58,015 nucleotides of DNA from Candidatus Harrisonbacteria bacterium (GCA_023244975.1 JAHFLG010000012.1:1-58015), one strand, 5' to 3'; positions 45,811 through 55,961 are shown, counted from the stretch's first letter. Made by a program: numbers and translations. The notes: generated by a model from the letters alone, not told the origin.

Positions 45811-47034
45811 ATGACTGATACTCAAGGATTTTATGGATTAGGGATTGCGCCGGGCATCTTAAGCGTACTTGATAGGCTCAATTTCAAGGTTCCTACGCCT
45901 ATTCAGGAGAAGTCGATTCCACTGGCTATTGAAGGAAAAGACCTCATCGGTATTGCCCAAACCGGCACCGGCAAGACATTGGCATTTGGCATTCCAATGA
46001 TTCAGACGGTGCTACAAGGGAAATCAAAAGGCCTGGTGATTTTGCCGACTCGCGAGCTTGCTCTTCAGGTCTATGAATCATTTATGAAAGTTGGCGCGTC
46101 GCAGGGGCTCAAGTGTGCGCTACTTATCGGCGGAGAACCGATTGGCCGGCAGATTCGTGATATCAATAAAAATCCACACATTGTTATTGGTACTCCGGGC
46201 CGCATTATCGACCACCTCGAACAGCGAACAATTACGTTTGCTCAGGTTGCCTGCCTGGTGCTGGATGAGGCCGACCGGATGCTCGACATGGGGTTTGCTC
46301 CGTCACTCCACCGAATTTTACAGATGGTTCCTAAAGAGCGCCAGACGATGTTGTTTTCTGCCACTATGCCTGAACAAATAGTAAATATCGCGCGCGCGCA
46401 GATGAAATTGCCGGTGCGCGTTGAAATAGCGCCTCAGGGGAGCACTGCCAAGGATATTACTCAAGAACTGTTTTTTGTGCGCAAAGAAGAAAAACCGCGA
46501 CTACTTGAAAAACTTCTTCAAGAATATCGCGGTTCAGTGCTCGTATTTATGAAAACAAAATTTGCGACCAAGCGGCTGACGCGCGCGGTCTCTGTTATGG
46601 GCCACACTGTCGCCGAGATTCATTCCAACCGCTCGCTGAGCCAGCGACGCGAGGCACTTAGTGGATTTAAAACCGGCAAGTATCGCGTGCTCATTGCCAC
46701 TGATATTGCTGCGCGAGGTATTGATGTTAAAGGGATTGAGCTCGTTCTCAACTATGACTTGCCGATGAATGCCGAAGACTATATTCATCGTATCGGCCGA
46801 ACCGGTCGTGCCGGCATGGCCGGACACGCGATTGCCTTTGCTACTCCGGATCAGCGCGGTGACGTCCGTGGCATTGAGCGACTCATGCGTATCTCGCTTC
46901 CGCAATCAAAGTTGCCGGAGCTCCCGCCGGCTCGTGAGCTGCCGCCCGCGCCAGCGCAGGGATCTTCGCCTCGTCCATTTCGACCAGGGTATCGCCCCGG
47001 CGGCAACTTTGGGCGCCGCAGGTTTAATAGATAA
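45811..47034 (+). CDS. DEAD-box ATP-dependent RNA helicase
   Basis: Q-motif, AQTGTGKT, DEAD, SAT, HRIGRTGRAG and an Arg/Gly/Pro-rich tail. Confidence 0.9.
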   Translation: MTDTQGFYGLGIAPGILSVLDRLNFKVPTPIQEKSIPLAIEGKDLIGIAQTGTGKTLAFGIPMIQTVLQGKSKGLVILPTRELALQVYESFMKVGASQGLKCALLIGGEPIGRQIRDINKNPHIVIGTPGRIIDHLEQRTITFAQVACLVLDEADRMLDMGFAPSLHRILQMVPKERQTMLFSATMPEQIVNIARAQMKLPVRVEIAPQGSTAKDITQELFFVRKEEKPRLLEKLLQEYRGSVLVFMKTKFATKRLTRAVSVMGHTVAEIHSNRSLSQRREALSGFKTGKYRVLIATDIAARGIDVKGIELVLNYDLPMNAEDYIHRIGRTGRAGMAGHAIAFATPDQRGDVRGIERLMRISLPQSKLPELPPARELPPAPAQGSSPRPFRPGYRPGGNFGRRRFNR

Positions 47035-47065
47035 TATTTTCCTTAGCAGATTGTAGTAATCACGT

Positions 47066-47626
47066 ATGGCTGTTTCAGCAGATGCGACAGATGAAGCTAT
47101 AACGAAAGCAGTACAGGCAGGGGACAGTAATGCCTTCAGCGTGCTTGTGACACGTTACGAGCAGAAGATCGCGCGGTACGCCAAGCGCTTTTTGCTCGGC
47201 GGTGAGGACGGCAAGGATATTGTCCAAGAGGTGTTTATTAAGGCATATATCAATATAAAAAGTTTTGACGCGAGCCGCCGATTTTCTCCCTGGCTGTACC
47301 GAATCGCGCATAATGAGTTTGTGAACGCGATTAAAAAGCGTAGCAAGTCGCCGGTATTTTCTTTTGATTTTGATACGCTCTTTCCGCATCCGGTGGCTAA
47401 AGAAACTGCTGACAGCGAGATGAGCCGTAACGAGCTTAAGGAGATGCTTGAGAAGTCTCTTGATCAGATCGACGTGAAATATCGGGAGCCGCTTGTGTTG
47501 TACTACTTTGAGGAACTCGATTATGGCGAAATCGCTCAGGTACTCCAGATTCCGGCCTCGACGGTCGGGGTCAGGTTGAAACGAGGTCGAGATATGCTCA
47601 AAACTATTGTAAAGAAGTATGAATAA
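47066..47626 (+). CDS. ECF-type RNA polymerase sigma factor
   Basis: Region 2 (PWLYRIAHNEFVN) and region 4 HTH (LDYGEIAQVLQIPASTVGVRLKRGR). Confidence 0.85.
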   Translation: MAVSADATDEAITKAVQAGDSNAFSVLVTRYEQKIARYAKRFLLGGEDGKDIVQEVFIKAYINIKSFDASRRFSPWLYRIAHNEFVNAIKKRSKSPVFSFDFDTLFPHPVAKETADSEMSRNELKEMLEKSLDQIDVKYREPLVLYYFEELDYGEIAQVLQIPASTVGVRLKRGRDMLKTIVKKYE

Positions 47627-48302
47627 CGAACAAAAGCCACAATCTCTCCCGGAAGCCGTTGCAGCTGCTATCAGATGCGGTGATGTTAAGATGCGTCCAC
47701 GCTGGCACTTTATTCTGAAAGCGGCTCTCGCCGTCATCGGCGGAGTATTATTGGTACTGGTACTTTTGTACCTTATTAGTTTTATTATTTTTATGTTGCG
47801 CAGTAGTGGTATCGGGCTCATCCCGGCCTTTGGTGTGCGCGGCTGGCTTAGATTTGTTGTTGCTCTACCATGGCTGCTGATTTTGCTTTCAATATTGTTC
47901 ATACTGGTGCTTGAGCTCCTCGTTCGGCGTTATTCATTTGCCTACCAGCGACCACTGATGTACTCTGCTGTTGGCATTATCGTGATGGTTATCGCCGGAG
48001 GATTCGTGGTCGCTGGTACCCATTTTCATGAGCGTTTCTCTGGTTTTATGAACCGCCAGTTTATGATGGAGCGGACAGATATTCATCCGGGCAGAGTAGA
48101 CGGCAGAGCGGGATCCGGTTTTATGATGACCGACCCTCATGGGCGGATGCTGCGCATTCTGGTTGCCTCAGATACTATATCGAGTGATGATCCTGGCCTC
48201 GGCGACACCGTCATTGTTTTTGGCGATGTTGACGGCAGCAGCACCGTACGCGCGTTTGGAATTCGAAGAAATCCTCAGGAATCACAAGGGGTGGCGAAAT
48301 AA
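47619..48302 (+). CDS. multi-TM membrane protein, possible anti-sigma partner
   Basis: 8-nt overlap with the sigma gene and 3-4 TM helices. No recognisable anti-sigma domain. Confidence 0.4.
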   Translation: MNNEQKPQSLPEAVAAAIRCGDVKMRPRWHFILKAALAVIGGVLLVLVLLYLISFIIFMLRSSGIGLIPAFGVRGWLRFVVALPWLLILLSILFILVLELLVRRYSFAYQRPLMYSAVGIIVMVIAGGFVVAGTHFHERFSGFMNRQFMMERTDIHPGRVDGRAGSGFMMTDPHGRMLRILVASDTISSDDPGLGDTVIVFGDVDGSSTVRAFGIRRNPQESQGVAK

Positions 48303-48329
48303 TTATTTAATGATACTGTAATAGCTATA

Positions 48330-50015
48330 ATGAGAACTACATTGAAGCGAATCAGTGGATGGATGGGGCGACACAGACTGGCAACGGCTGTGCTGGCTTT
48401 GATTATTGTGGGTCTTGGCTATTACGGATTTAGGAGCGGCACGGCTGGCAGCACTCAGACGCGTTATGTACTCGCAACCGTTTCTCGGGGTACGCTCGCG
48501 ACCTCGGTATCAGGTACCGGTCAGGTTTCGGCGGTTACTCAGGTGGATGTAAAACCGAAGGCTTCCGGGCAGGTGATTTCATTGCCTGCTCGCGAAGGAC
48601 AGTGGCTTTATAAAGGTGGTCTCATCGCCCAGATTGATTCAACCAACGCGCAGAAAGCCGTGCGGGACGCTGAGGTCAGCCTGGAGTCGGCACAGATCAC
48701 GCTTGATAAGCTCAAGCAGTCATCCGCCGACATTAATCAAATTATTGAGGATTCATTCGCGGATATTTCAGCCGCATTTTTGGATTTTCCGAGTATCGTC
48801 ACGAGTGCCGATGATATTATCCTCGGAAGTACCATCAAGCCCGGGCAGCAGGACAACGTCGGATTTTATAAAGATTTTGTCGGCCAATCAGACAACGCCA
48901 ATTATCAGAAAGATATCCTACTGATCGAGTCCGCGCGTAATTATTATGCTGTCGCTCGGGTTGATTATGAAAAGGCTCTGGTCACATATAAACAAACAAC
49001 TCGTGCTTCCACGCCGGCCGATGTCCAGAGGTTGCTTGACCAGACTGTCGCAGCCACAAAAACGCTGGCCGTAGCGCTCCAGGCTGAACAAAACCTTCTC
49101 GCGTTTTTAGTTGATTATGCAACTGCCCCTACTACCGTCAACCGGACGACTCTGCCGGTTTTGGTAACGAGCTATCAGACCAATATCCGAACTCATATCG
49201 GGTTGGTTAACAACCATCTCTCAGCGCTCACCGCGGCTCGCAACAGTATCGCTAACGCACCGCTTGATATCAGGGCGCAGGAGTTGACCGTCAAGGCGCG
49301 ACAGAATGCGCTGCTTGATGCCCAGACTACCCTTGGGGATTACAGTATTCGCACGCCGATGGCCGGTGTTGTGGCCAATATACCGATCAATGTGGGAGAT
49401 GAGATTTCCGGAGGAACCATAGCCGCGACCATGATCAGCGCCTCACGTATTGTTATGGTTTCACTCAATGAGGTTGATGTCGCGAAGGTGGCCGTGGGTC
49501 AGAAGGCGAGCCTGACCTTTGACGCCGTGCCCGGACTCACATTGACCGGTTCGGTGACTGAGTTGGATACTATTGGCACGCAGACGCAGGGAGTAGTCAA
49601 TTACACCGTGAAAGTGAGCTTTGACAGTCAGGACGAGCGCATTAAGCCAGGCATGACGGTTACCGCCGCTATCATTACGGAAAGTAGGAATAATATTCTC
49701 GTAGTCCCAGCCAGTGCCGTGAAGTCGCGCGGAAGCGAGTACTATGTTGAAACTCTGCCCGGAGTCTCGGCTGACAACTCTCGCGGCGGCATTACCTCTG
49801 CTGCCCTGCCCGCGCGAGTGCCCGTGCAGGTTGGGCTTACGAACGATACGATGACCGAAATTATCGGCGGCCTGACAGAGGGAGATATTATTATCAGTCG
49901 GACTATTGCCGCGACCGCAGCGGCTCCGGCACCTTCTCAGTCAAGTATATTTGGCGGCGGAGGCGGACTGCGGGTTAATACGGGCGGCACGCGTTCGACC
50001 GGGACAGGACGATAG
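48330..50015 (+). CDS. HlyD/MacA-like periplasmic adaptor protein
   Basis: N-terminal TM helix, a lipoyl/barrel sandwich flanking a long helical hairpin, and a Gly-rich tail. Precedes the MacB-like pair. Confidence 0.7.
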   Translation: MRTTLKRISGWMGRHRLATAVLALIIVGLGYYGFRSGTAGSTQTRYVLATVSRGTLATSVSGTGQVSAVTQVDVKPKASGQVISLPAREGQWLYKGGLIAQIDSTNAQKAVRDAEVSLESAQITLDKLKQSSADINQIIEDSFADISAAFLDFPSIVTSADDIILGSTIKPGQQDNVGFYKDFVGQSDNANYQKDILLIESARNYYAVARVDYEKALVTYKQTTRASTPADVQRLLDQTVAATKTLAVALQAEQNLLAFLVDYATAPTTVNRTTLPVLVTSYQTNIRTHIGLVNNHLSALTAARNSIANAPLDIRAQELTVKARQNALLDAQTTLGDYSIRTPMAGVVANIPINVGDEISGGTIAATMISASRIVMVSLNEVDVAKVAVGQKASLTFDAVPGLTLTGSVTELDTIGTQTQGVVNYTVKVSFDSQDERIKPGMTVTAAIITESRNNILVVPASAVKSRGSEYYVETLPGVSADNSRGGITSAALPARVPVQVGLTNDTMTEIIGGLTEGDIIISRTIAATAAAPAPSQSSIFGGGGGLRVNTGGTRSTGTGR

Positions 50016-50017
50016 CT

Positions 50018-50728
50018 ATGATCTCGTGCGAGAATATTACAAAAGTGTATACGAACGGCGACGTTGAAACCGTTGTCTTAAAAAGTGTTTCATTCCAGGT
50101 GAAGGCGGGGGAGTTTGTTGCGATCATGGGTCCGTCCGGCAGCGGCAAGTCAACACTGATGCATATTCTCGGGGCCTTAGACAGTCCCACAGGGGGCACC
50201 TATCTGCTTGACGGCAAGGATGTATCGAAGCTGACCGATGATCAATTGGCAGAGATCCGCCGCACCAAGATTGGTTTCGTCTTTCAGTCATTTAACTTGC
50301 TGTCGCGTTCAAGCGTGTTGCGCAACGTGATGCTGCCCTTGGTTTACGCCGGAGTGCCCCATGACCGGCGGGAGGCTCTGGCCGCATCTGCTCTCACTGC
50401 CGCGGGCATGCCCAAAGACCGTTGGCACCATTTGAGCAATCAGCTTTCGGGCGGTCAGATGCAAAGGGTCGCAATCGCGCGTTCGATGGTTAACAATCCA
50501 AGCATTGTCTTAGCGGACGAGCCGACCGGTAACCTTGATAGCAAAACCGGCGAGATCGTTCTCGGGACCTTTCAAAAATTGAATCAACAGGGTGGTCACA
50601 CGATTATCTTAATCACGCACGAGCCGTACGTTGCCGAACACGCCGATCGGATTATTCAGATTCAGGATGGTGAAATTGTCCATGACAAAGCTAATTCGAA
50701 AAGGCGCCAGGTGAATCTTTCAGTATGA
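50018..50728 (+). CDS. MacB/LolD-type ABC transporter ATP-binding protein
   Basis: GPSGSGKST, LSGGQMQRVAIARS, VLADEPTGNLD. Confidence 0.85.
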   Translation: MISCENITKVYTNGDVETVVLKSVSFQVKAGEFVAIMGPSGSGKSTLMHILGALDSPTGGTYLLDGKDVSKLTDDQLAEIRRTKIGFVFQSFNLLSRSSVLRNVMLPLVYAGVPHDRREALAASALTAAGMPKDRWHHLSNQLSGGQMQRVAIARSMVNNPSIVLADEPTGNLDSKTGEIVLGTFQKLNQQGGHTIILITHEPYVAEHADRIIQIQDGEIVHDKANSKRRQVNLSV

Positions 50729-51936
50729 AAATTATCGATTTGTTTAACGAAACATACGCGTCGTTGACCGTCAACAAGGTCCGTACTGGGCTGACCATGC
50801 TTGGTATTGTTATCGGCATTTCGTCGGTCATTGCCATGGTTTCCATTGGTCAGGGAGCGCAGGCGCAGATTCAGACAAGCATTGAGGGATTAGGATCTAA
50901 TCTGCTAAGCATTTTGCCGGGCGTAGTTCAGCCGGGCCGTGGTATTGTTTCAAGCGGTCGCGGAGCGGCACAAACACTCAAAAATGAAGACGTGGACCTC
51001 CTGCGCAGCATTGAAGGGCTTGCGGCAATTTCTCCGGAGTCATCGCGCCGGTTTCAGATCGTCGCGCCGAACGGAAATAATACCAATACGACCGTGACCG
51101 GTGGCCAGACAAGCTACGGACTGGTTCATAATTTAATTGTAGCCAACGGTTCGTTTATCTCGGACGCCGACGACCGCAGTATCAGCCGCAAAGCGGTGCT
51201 CGGAGCGACGGTGGCAGCAGATTTGTTTTTGGATACTGATCCGGTTGGTCAGGCGATTCGGGTTAATAATGTAACCTTTACGGTGATTGGCGTGCTTCAG
51301 GCCAAAGGGGCGGCCGGTTTTTCCGGACCGGATGACATGGTCATTGTGCCGCTCTCAACCATGCAGAAGATCCTTGCCGGCATTGATTATCTATCAACCA
51401 TCACGGTCTCGGTTGCCGACAAAGACCAGATCAATGATGTCCGGGATCAGATGATCAGCTTGCTGCTTGTTCGTCATCGGGTAGCAGAACCGGATTTTTC
51501 CGTTATTTCTCAGGCTGACGTGCTCGGCACGCTCTCATCAATCATTACCACATTTACTCTTTTCCTCGCGTCAATCGCCGGTATCTCGTTGCTCGTCGGC
51601 GGCATTGGCATCATGAATATGATGCTTACGACGGTGACCGAGCGGACGCGCGAGATCGGGCTGCGCAAAGCCATCGGCGCTCAAAAACGTGATATCACGG
51701 CACAGTTTCTAACCGAGAGCGTGATGCTGACGTTTGTCGGCGGAGTTGCCGGTATTGCTCTGGGTTGGCTGATCGCGACGCTCGTGAGTCAGTTTGCCGG
51801 CATTGCCACCTCGGTTTCATTTTCCGCGGTTATGCTGGCGTTTGGCGTCTCGGCAACCATCGGGATTGTGTTCGGGTACTATCCCGCGCGCCGCGCGGCT
51901 GGACTTAATCCCATTGAGGCATTACGCTACGAATAA
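50725..51936 (+). CDS. MacB-like ABC permease (FtsX domain)
   Basis: TM1, a large periplasmic MacB_PCD-like domain and three C-terminal TMs. ATGA overlap with the ATPase gene. Confidence 0.8.
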   Translation: MKIIDLFNETYASLTVNKVRTGLTMLGIVIGISSVIAMVSIGQGAQAQIQTSIEGLGSNLLSILPGVVQPGRGIVSSGRGAAQTLKNEDVDLLRSIEGLAAISPESSRRFQIVAPNGNNTNTTVTGGQTSYGLVHNLIVANGSFISDADDRSISRKAVLGATVAADLFLDTDPVGQAIRVNNVTFTVIGVLQAKGAAGFSGPDDMVIVPLSTMQKILAGIDYLSTITVSVADKDQINDVRDQMISLLLVRHRVAEPDFSVISQADVLGTLSSIITTFTLFLASIAGISLLVGGIGIMNMMLTTVTERTREIGLRKAIGAQKRDITAQFLTESVMLTFVGGVAGIALGWLIATLVSQFAGIATSVSFSAVMLAFGVSATIGIVFGYYPARRAAGLNPIEALRYE

Positions 51937-51950
51937 TATATACTAATAGC

Positions 51951-52403
51951 ATGAACAAATCATTATTTTGGATCGGAATCGTAGTCGTCATTGTCATTAT
52001 TATTGCTACGGTTATGAGCGGTATCGGTCAGGCACCAACGGGCTCAGGTACAAAAGGCGATTTAATCGTTGAGGTTCCGCCCTACGGCGAAGCAGCTACT
52101 CAGGCACCGGCCGCTCCGGTTGCCGCGAGCGTTAAAGAGTTTACGATAATTGGCTCAAATTATTCATTCGCGCCAGCGACTCTGACGGTGAAGCAGGGTG
52201 ATACGGTTACCATAATCTTTAAGAACAACGATGGGTTTCATGATTTGAAAATTGACGAGTTTCAGGCAGCGACGAAACAGATTAAAGCAGGAGCCGAAGA
52301 TAGCATAACTTTTATTGCCGACAAGGCCGGTACTTTTGAATATTACTGCTCAGTCGGCAAACACCGCCAGATGGGGATGAAAGGAACGCTCATAGTAGAA
52401 TAG
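51951..52403 (+). CDS. membrane-anchored cupredoxin (type 1 copper) domain protein
   Basis: H..C..H..M ligand pattern (FHD ... YYCSVGKHRQMGM) and an N-terminal TM helix. Confidence 0.7.
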   Translation: MNKSLFWIGIVVVIVIIIATVMSGIGQAPTGSGTKGDLIVEVPPYGEAATQAPAAPVAASVKEFTIIGSNYSFAPATLTVKQGDTVTIIFKNNDGFHDLKIDEFQAATKQIKAGAEDSITFIADKAGTFEYYCSVGKHRQMGMKGTLIVE

Positions 52404-52408
52404 TAAGT

Positions 52409-53056
52409 ATGGATCGTTATTGGCCGTATCTTACGAATAAACGGTTTATTATTTCAACCGCGATAGGTCTTGTTTTGCTGGCGGCCGGCACGATTATTAC
52501 CTATTTTGCCATTGTCTATGCCACCGAGCGCGCGAGCGGGCCTGTCACTGATCTAATCCTTGATAATATCCCGGTATTTAATATGGATGGTAGTTTTATC
52601 TGGGGTCCGGTTATTTTTTGGGTGATTATTGGTTTGTACGCTCTGCTGATACGGCCGCAGTCAGTGCCATTTTCTCTAAAATCGATTGCTTTGTTTCTGC
52701 TGATTCGCGCGGCCTTTATTACGCTGACCCACATCGGGCCGTCTCCGGATCAGATTCAGCTGGAGACCACCGACAGTTTGTTTAATGTCTTTATGACGGG
52801 TAACGATCTGTTTTTTTCCGGCCACACCGGCCTGCCATTTTTGATTGCTTTAGTATTTTGGCACGACCCGTGGGTTCGCTGGTTTTGTCTGGCCTCCTCA
52901 GTTTTTTTTGGAGCTGTGGTGCTGATGTCACACTTGCACTATTCCATTGATGTTTTTGCCGCGTTCTTTATCACGTATGCGATTTTCCATATCAGTGAGT
53001 GGCTGTTTAAGGAAGATAGGCGTATATTTAAGGAAGGGATTCAGGCCACTTCATAG
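52409..53056 (+). CDS. PAP2_C / sphingomyelin-synthase-like membrane protein
   Basis: SGHT (FFSGHTG) and HYSIDV motifs in the last TM helices, matching the D3/D4 motifs of the SMS family. Confidence 0.55.
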   Translation: MDRYWPYLTNKRFIISTAIGLVLLAAGTIITYFAIVYATERASGPVTDLILDNIPVFNMDGSFIWGPVIFWVIIGLYALLIRPQSVPFSLKSIALFLLIRAAFITLTHIGPSPDQIQLETTDSLFNVFMTGNDLFFSGHTGLPFLIALVFWHDPWVRWFCLASSVFFGAVVLMSHLHYSIDVFAAFFITYAIFHISEWLFKEDRRIFKEGIQATS

Positions 53057-53060
53057 CATT

Positions 53061-53789
53061 ATGAAACTTTCAGTTGTTATTCCGGCTCATAATGAGGAGC
53101 AGTATATTGGAGCAACGCTGACCGCGGTGCTCGCGCAGAAGTATCCGGATTTAGAAGTTATTGTCGTTGATAATAATAGTACTGACGGCACCAGAGAGGT
53201 CGTCAAGACTCAGTTTCCTTCAGTTATCTTGCTAGAGGAGCACGGTAAAGGTCCTCAGTTCGCGCGTGAACGGGGGAGGCAGGCGGCGACCGGCGAGCTG
53301 CTGGCGAATTTAGACGCTGACTGCATGCCGCTTCCCAATTGGGCGTCTACCGCAGCGGCTTATTTTAAGGATCCGAAAATTGTCGCGGTGACCGGTCCCT
53401 ACGATTATTACGACGCGCCGTGGTTCCTGCATCTGGGGACCGCATTTACTCAGAAGGTTATTTACAACTGTTTTTATCGTTTCGTATACTTTTTTTTCCG
53501 GCGCGGGGTCGGGATTGTGGGCGGTAATGTTATTATGCGGGCAAGCGCGATCGCAAAAGCCGGGGGCTATAATACTGCAATCGTATTTTATGGAGACGAT
53601 ACTGATACCGCGAGGCGGCTCGCGAGCGTGGGGCGGGTTATTTTTAGAAATGACGTGATTGTCCGTTCATCGGCGCGGCGGTTTGCCAAGATCGGCATCT
53701 TCGCGACTATTCGCAAGTACTTCCTCAATTATATGTGGGTGATGCTGTTTAATAAGCCCTACCAAAATAAGGAGGATACAATTACGTAG
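53061..53789 (+). CDS. family 2 glycosyltransferase
   Basis: SVVIPAHNEE, VVDNNSTDGT and a DAD (DxD) motif. Confidence 0.8.
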   Translation: MKLSVVIPAHNEEQYIGATLTAVLAQKYPDLEVIVVDNNSTDGTREVVKTQFPSVILLEEHGKGPQFARERGRQAATGELLANLDADCMPLPNWASTAAAYFKDPKIVAVTGPYDYYDAPWFLHLGTAFTQKVIYNCFYRFVYFFFRRGVGIVGGNVIMRASAIAKAGGYNTAIVFYGDDTDTARRLASVGRVIFRNDVIVRSSARRFAKIGIFATIRKYFLNYMWVMLFNKPYQNKEDTIT

Positions 53790-53793
53790 CGCG

Positions 53794-54387
53794 TTAGATT
53801 TTCTTTACTTTTTCAACGATTACTCGTTTGATGAATACGCCGAAGCCAACGAATGCGACGGCGATTAAGATTCCACCTCCGATAATGGAGGCTTTTTCAA
53901 AGATTGAGTCAAACTGCGTATAGAGATGGCCGAAATAAAAACCGAGCGTAATGAGCAGTCCCGTCCAGAATATCTGGCCGCTCACGTTAAAGGCCATGTA
54001 GCGTTTAAAGGGGATTCCGACGAGTCCGGCCGTGAACAGAGTTGCGATGGCAAAACCAAAACCCATGGTGAGCTTTGAAACAAGCAGAATGGGGGCGTGA
54101 TATGTTTGAAAGATTTTTTTGACCACGCCCACCTTCTCCTCATCAATACTGAAAAATTTACCTACTTTTTGAACAACTCTCATTCCGTATCGGTGACCGA
54201 GAATGTACCAACAGATATCGCCAATGACATCAGAGAGCATTAAGGCGATATAGGTGGGGAGGAGGCTAAGGATTCCGATACGGATAAAAAATCCGGCGGC
54301 GATGCTCACGATCGGACCCGCGATGATGCCAAGGATAGTGAGTGCCGGATACGTCAGTACTCCAAGGGAGGTAAAAAAGACAGGCAT
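53794..54387 (-). CDS. DedA/SNARE-associated family membrane protein
   Basis: Size, TM pattern and the G..R motif region are typical of DedA. Confidence 0.55.
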   Translation of the reverse strand: MPVFFTSLGVLTYPALTILGIIAGPIVSIAAGFFIRIGILSLLPTYIALMLSDVIGDICWYILGHRYGMRVVQKVGKFFSIDEEKVGVVKKIFQTYHAPILLVSKLTMGFGFAIATLFTAGLVGIPFKRYMAFNVSGQIFWTGLLITLGFYFGHLYTQFDSIFEKASIIGGGILIAVAFVGFGVFIKRVIVEKVKKI

Positions 54388-54402
54388 ATCTTTATACTAC
54401 CA

Positions 54403-55860
54403 TTATTCCAGGGTCGCCAGATCCAGAATTTCGTCAATGTGTACCTTGCTTACGAAATCGGGTACGTGGCTGATGAGGACGAGCGCTCCTTCATAGGCAT
54501 CGAGAGCCTTGGCGATAACCGGAATGTGACGGAAGTTGATGTGGTTGGTCGGTTCGTCGAGCATGAGGAGTCCCGGCCGTTTGAGCACGAGCTGACAGAA
54601 GGCGACCAGGCCTTTTTGTCCTTCAGAAAGTGCGCCGACTTTGGTTTTTAAAATTTCCGCGTCCAATAAAAATCCGGCGGCTCTACTGCGCAGTTCTTGC
54701 TCACTGCCTTCGAGCATAGCGTCAGCTAATGCCTTGTGTACCGTTGAGTCAAAGTCCAGGGTTGAGAAGTCTTGGCGATAGTAGCCGATGCGCACCCCTT
54801 TGGTTACGTGTTCGCCTTTGGCGTGGCCGGTGGCTAGTTTTTCAAGAAGGGTGGTTTTGCCGATGCCGTTAGGACCCTTGATCAGTAGACGGTCTTTTTT
54901 CTTGAGAATAATATTCACCTTCTTGGTGACTGGCTTGCCGCCTTTCATGACACCGATGGATTTAAGTTCTAATATCTGACCGGAGAGTTCCGGTTGGGCG
55001 GGGATGATAAACTGCCGGATGGTTTTGTCTTCGCGGCGCTCATCAACAGTCTCATCTTCAAGTTCTTCAATTTTTTCGCGCATCTTGCGCGCGACGTCAC
55101 GCATGTGGCCTCCTTTTTGGGCAAAGAAGCCGGCCTGCTGTTTGCGGTGCTGGATATCTTTTTCTAATCGGACATTTTTCATGCGCTCGCGCTCAAGTCG
55201 GTTTTGAATTTCTTCTACCACGTCAAAATAGTTGCCGGTGTACTGCTCTATCTGTTTAGTGAAGACATCAAGGTATAAGACGCCCTGGGTAAATGAGTTT
55301 AAAAAGTTGGCGTCGTGGCTGATGACGATGCAGGTGTTGGGATAGTTGATGATAAAGCGCGTGAGATGGTCGATGCCGGCAGTGTCGAGATTGTTAGTCG
55401 GCTCGTCGAGGAGCAGAATGTCCGGGTTTTGAATCAGGGCTTGGGCAAGGAGCAGGCGCGCTTGCTGGCCGCCGGAGAAGGTTTTGAGAACTTTATTCTG
55501 GTCGGCTTCCAGGTTGACCACCTCAAGCACCTCGTTGATGCGCGGCTCTATATCGTAGATTTTTTTTGTAAAGGCTTTCTCAAAAAATTCGCGAACCGTG
55601 AGAGTGAGCTGGTCGCGGGGGATGACCTGTTTGGCGGTGGCAATGGTAAGTCCGCCGGTGACGGTGATACTGCCGAGCTCTGGTTTGAGTTCACCGGTAA
55701 TAAGCTGGAAAATCGTGCTTTTGCCGGCGCCGTTTTGTCCCATCAGCGTGATTTTTGCTTCGCGGCGCACGGAAAATTCAGCCTCCTTTAAAATAGGCTT
55801 ATTGTGGCCGAACTCGAACGACACCTTATTAAACCTCAATATAACATCACCCTGAGCCAT
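54403..55860 (-). CDS. ABC-F family ATPase (two ABC domains, no TMD)
   Basis: Two Walker A sites (GQNGAGKST, GPNGIGKTT), two signatures (FSGGQQARL, LSEGQKGLV) and a charged inter-domain linker. Confidence 0.85.
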   Translation of the reverse strand: MAQGDVILRFNKVSFEFGHNKPILKEAEFSVRREAKITLMGQNGAGKSTIFQLITGELKPELGSITVTGGLTIATAKQVIPRDQLTLTVREFFEKAFTKKIYDIEPRINEVLEVVNLEADQNKVLKTFSGGQQARLLLAQALIQNPDILLLDEPTNNLDTAGIDHLTRFIINYPNTCIVISHDANFLNSFTQGVLYLDVFTKQIEQYTGNYFDVVEEIQNRLERERMKNVRLEKDIQHRKQQAGFFAQKGGHMRDVARKMREKIEELEDETVDERREDKTIRQFIIPAQPELSGQILELKSIGVMKGGKPVTKKVNIILKKKDRLLIKGPNGIGKTTLLEKLATGHAKGEHVTKGVRIGYYRQDFSTLDFDSTVHKALADAMLEGSEQELRSRAAGFLLDAEILKTKVGALSEGQKGLVAFCQLVLKRPGLLMLDEPTNHINFRHIPVIAKALDAYEGALVLISHVPDFVSKVHIDEILDLATLE

Positions 55861-55927
55861 AAGGCCACAGTTTAGCGTCTTTTTATACCTTCTGGCAAAT
55901 TGCTAGTAGTTTTTTATTTTAGGTGTA

Positions 55928-55955
55928 TTGACATTGTATATACATTGTGTATACT
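55928..55955 (+). promoter_or_regulatory. promoter/operator of the dinJ-yafQ operon (leaderless)
   Basis: TTGACA-16 nt-TATACT, with the -10 ending 6 nt before the ATG. The spacer holds the 10-bp palindrome TGTATATACA and the repeats ACATTGTATATAC/ACATTGTGTATAC. Confidence 0.55.
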
Positions 55956-55961
55956 GATTGC

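Noticed and set aside
47075-47902. 275-aa ORF antisense to the ECF sigma factor and its membrane partner
   Set aside because: It lies entirely opposite two well-supported genes, has an Arg/Leu/Ser-rich shadow-frame composition, and shows no motifs or start context. It is treated as a non-coding shadow ORF.
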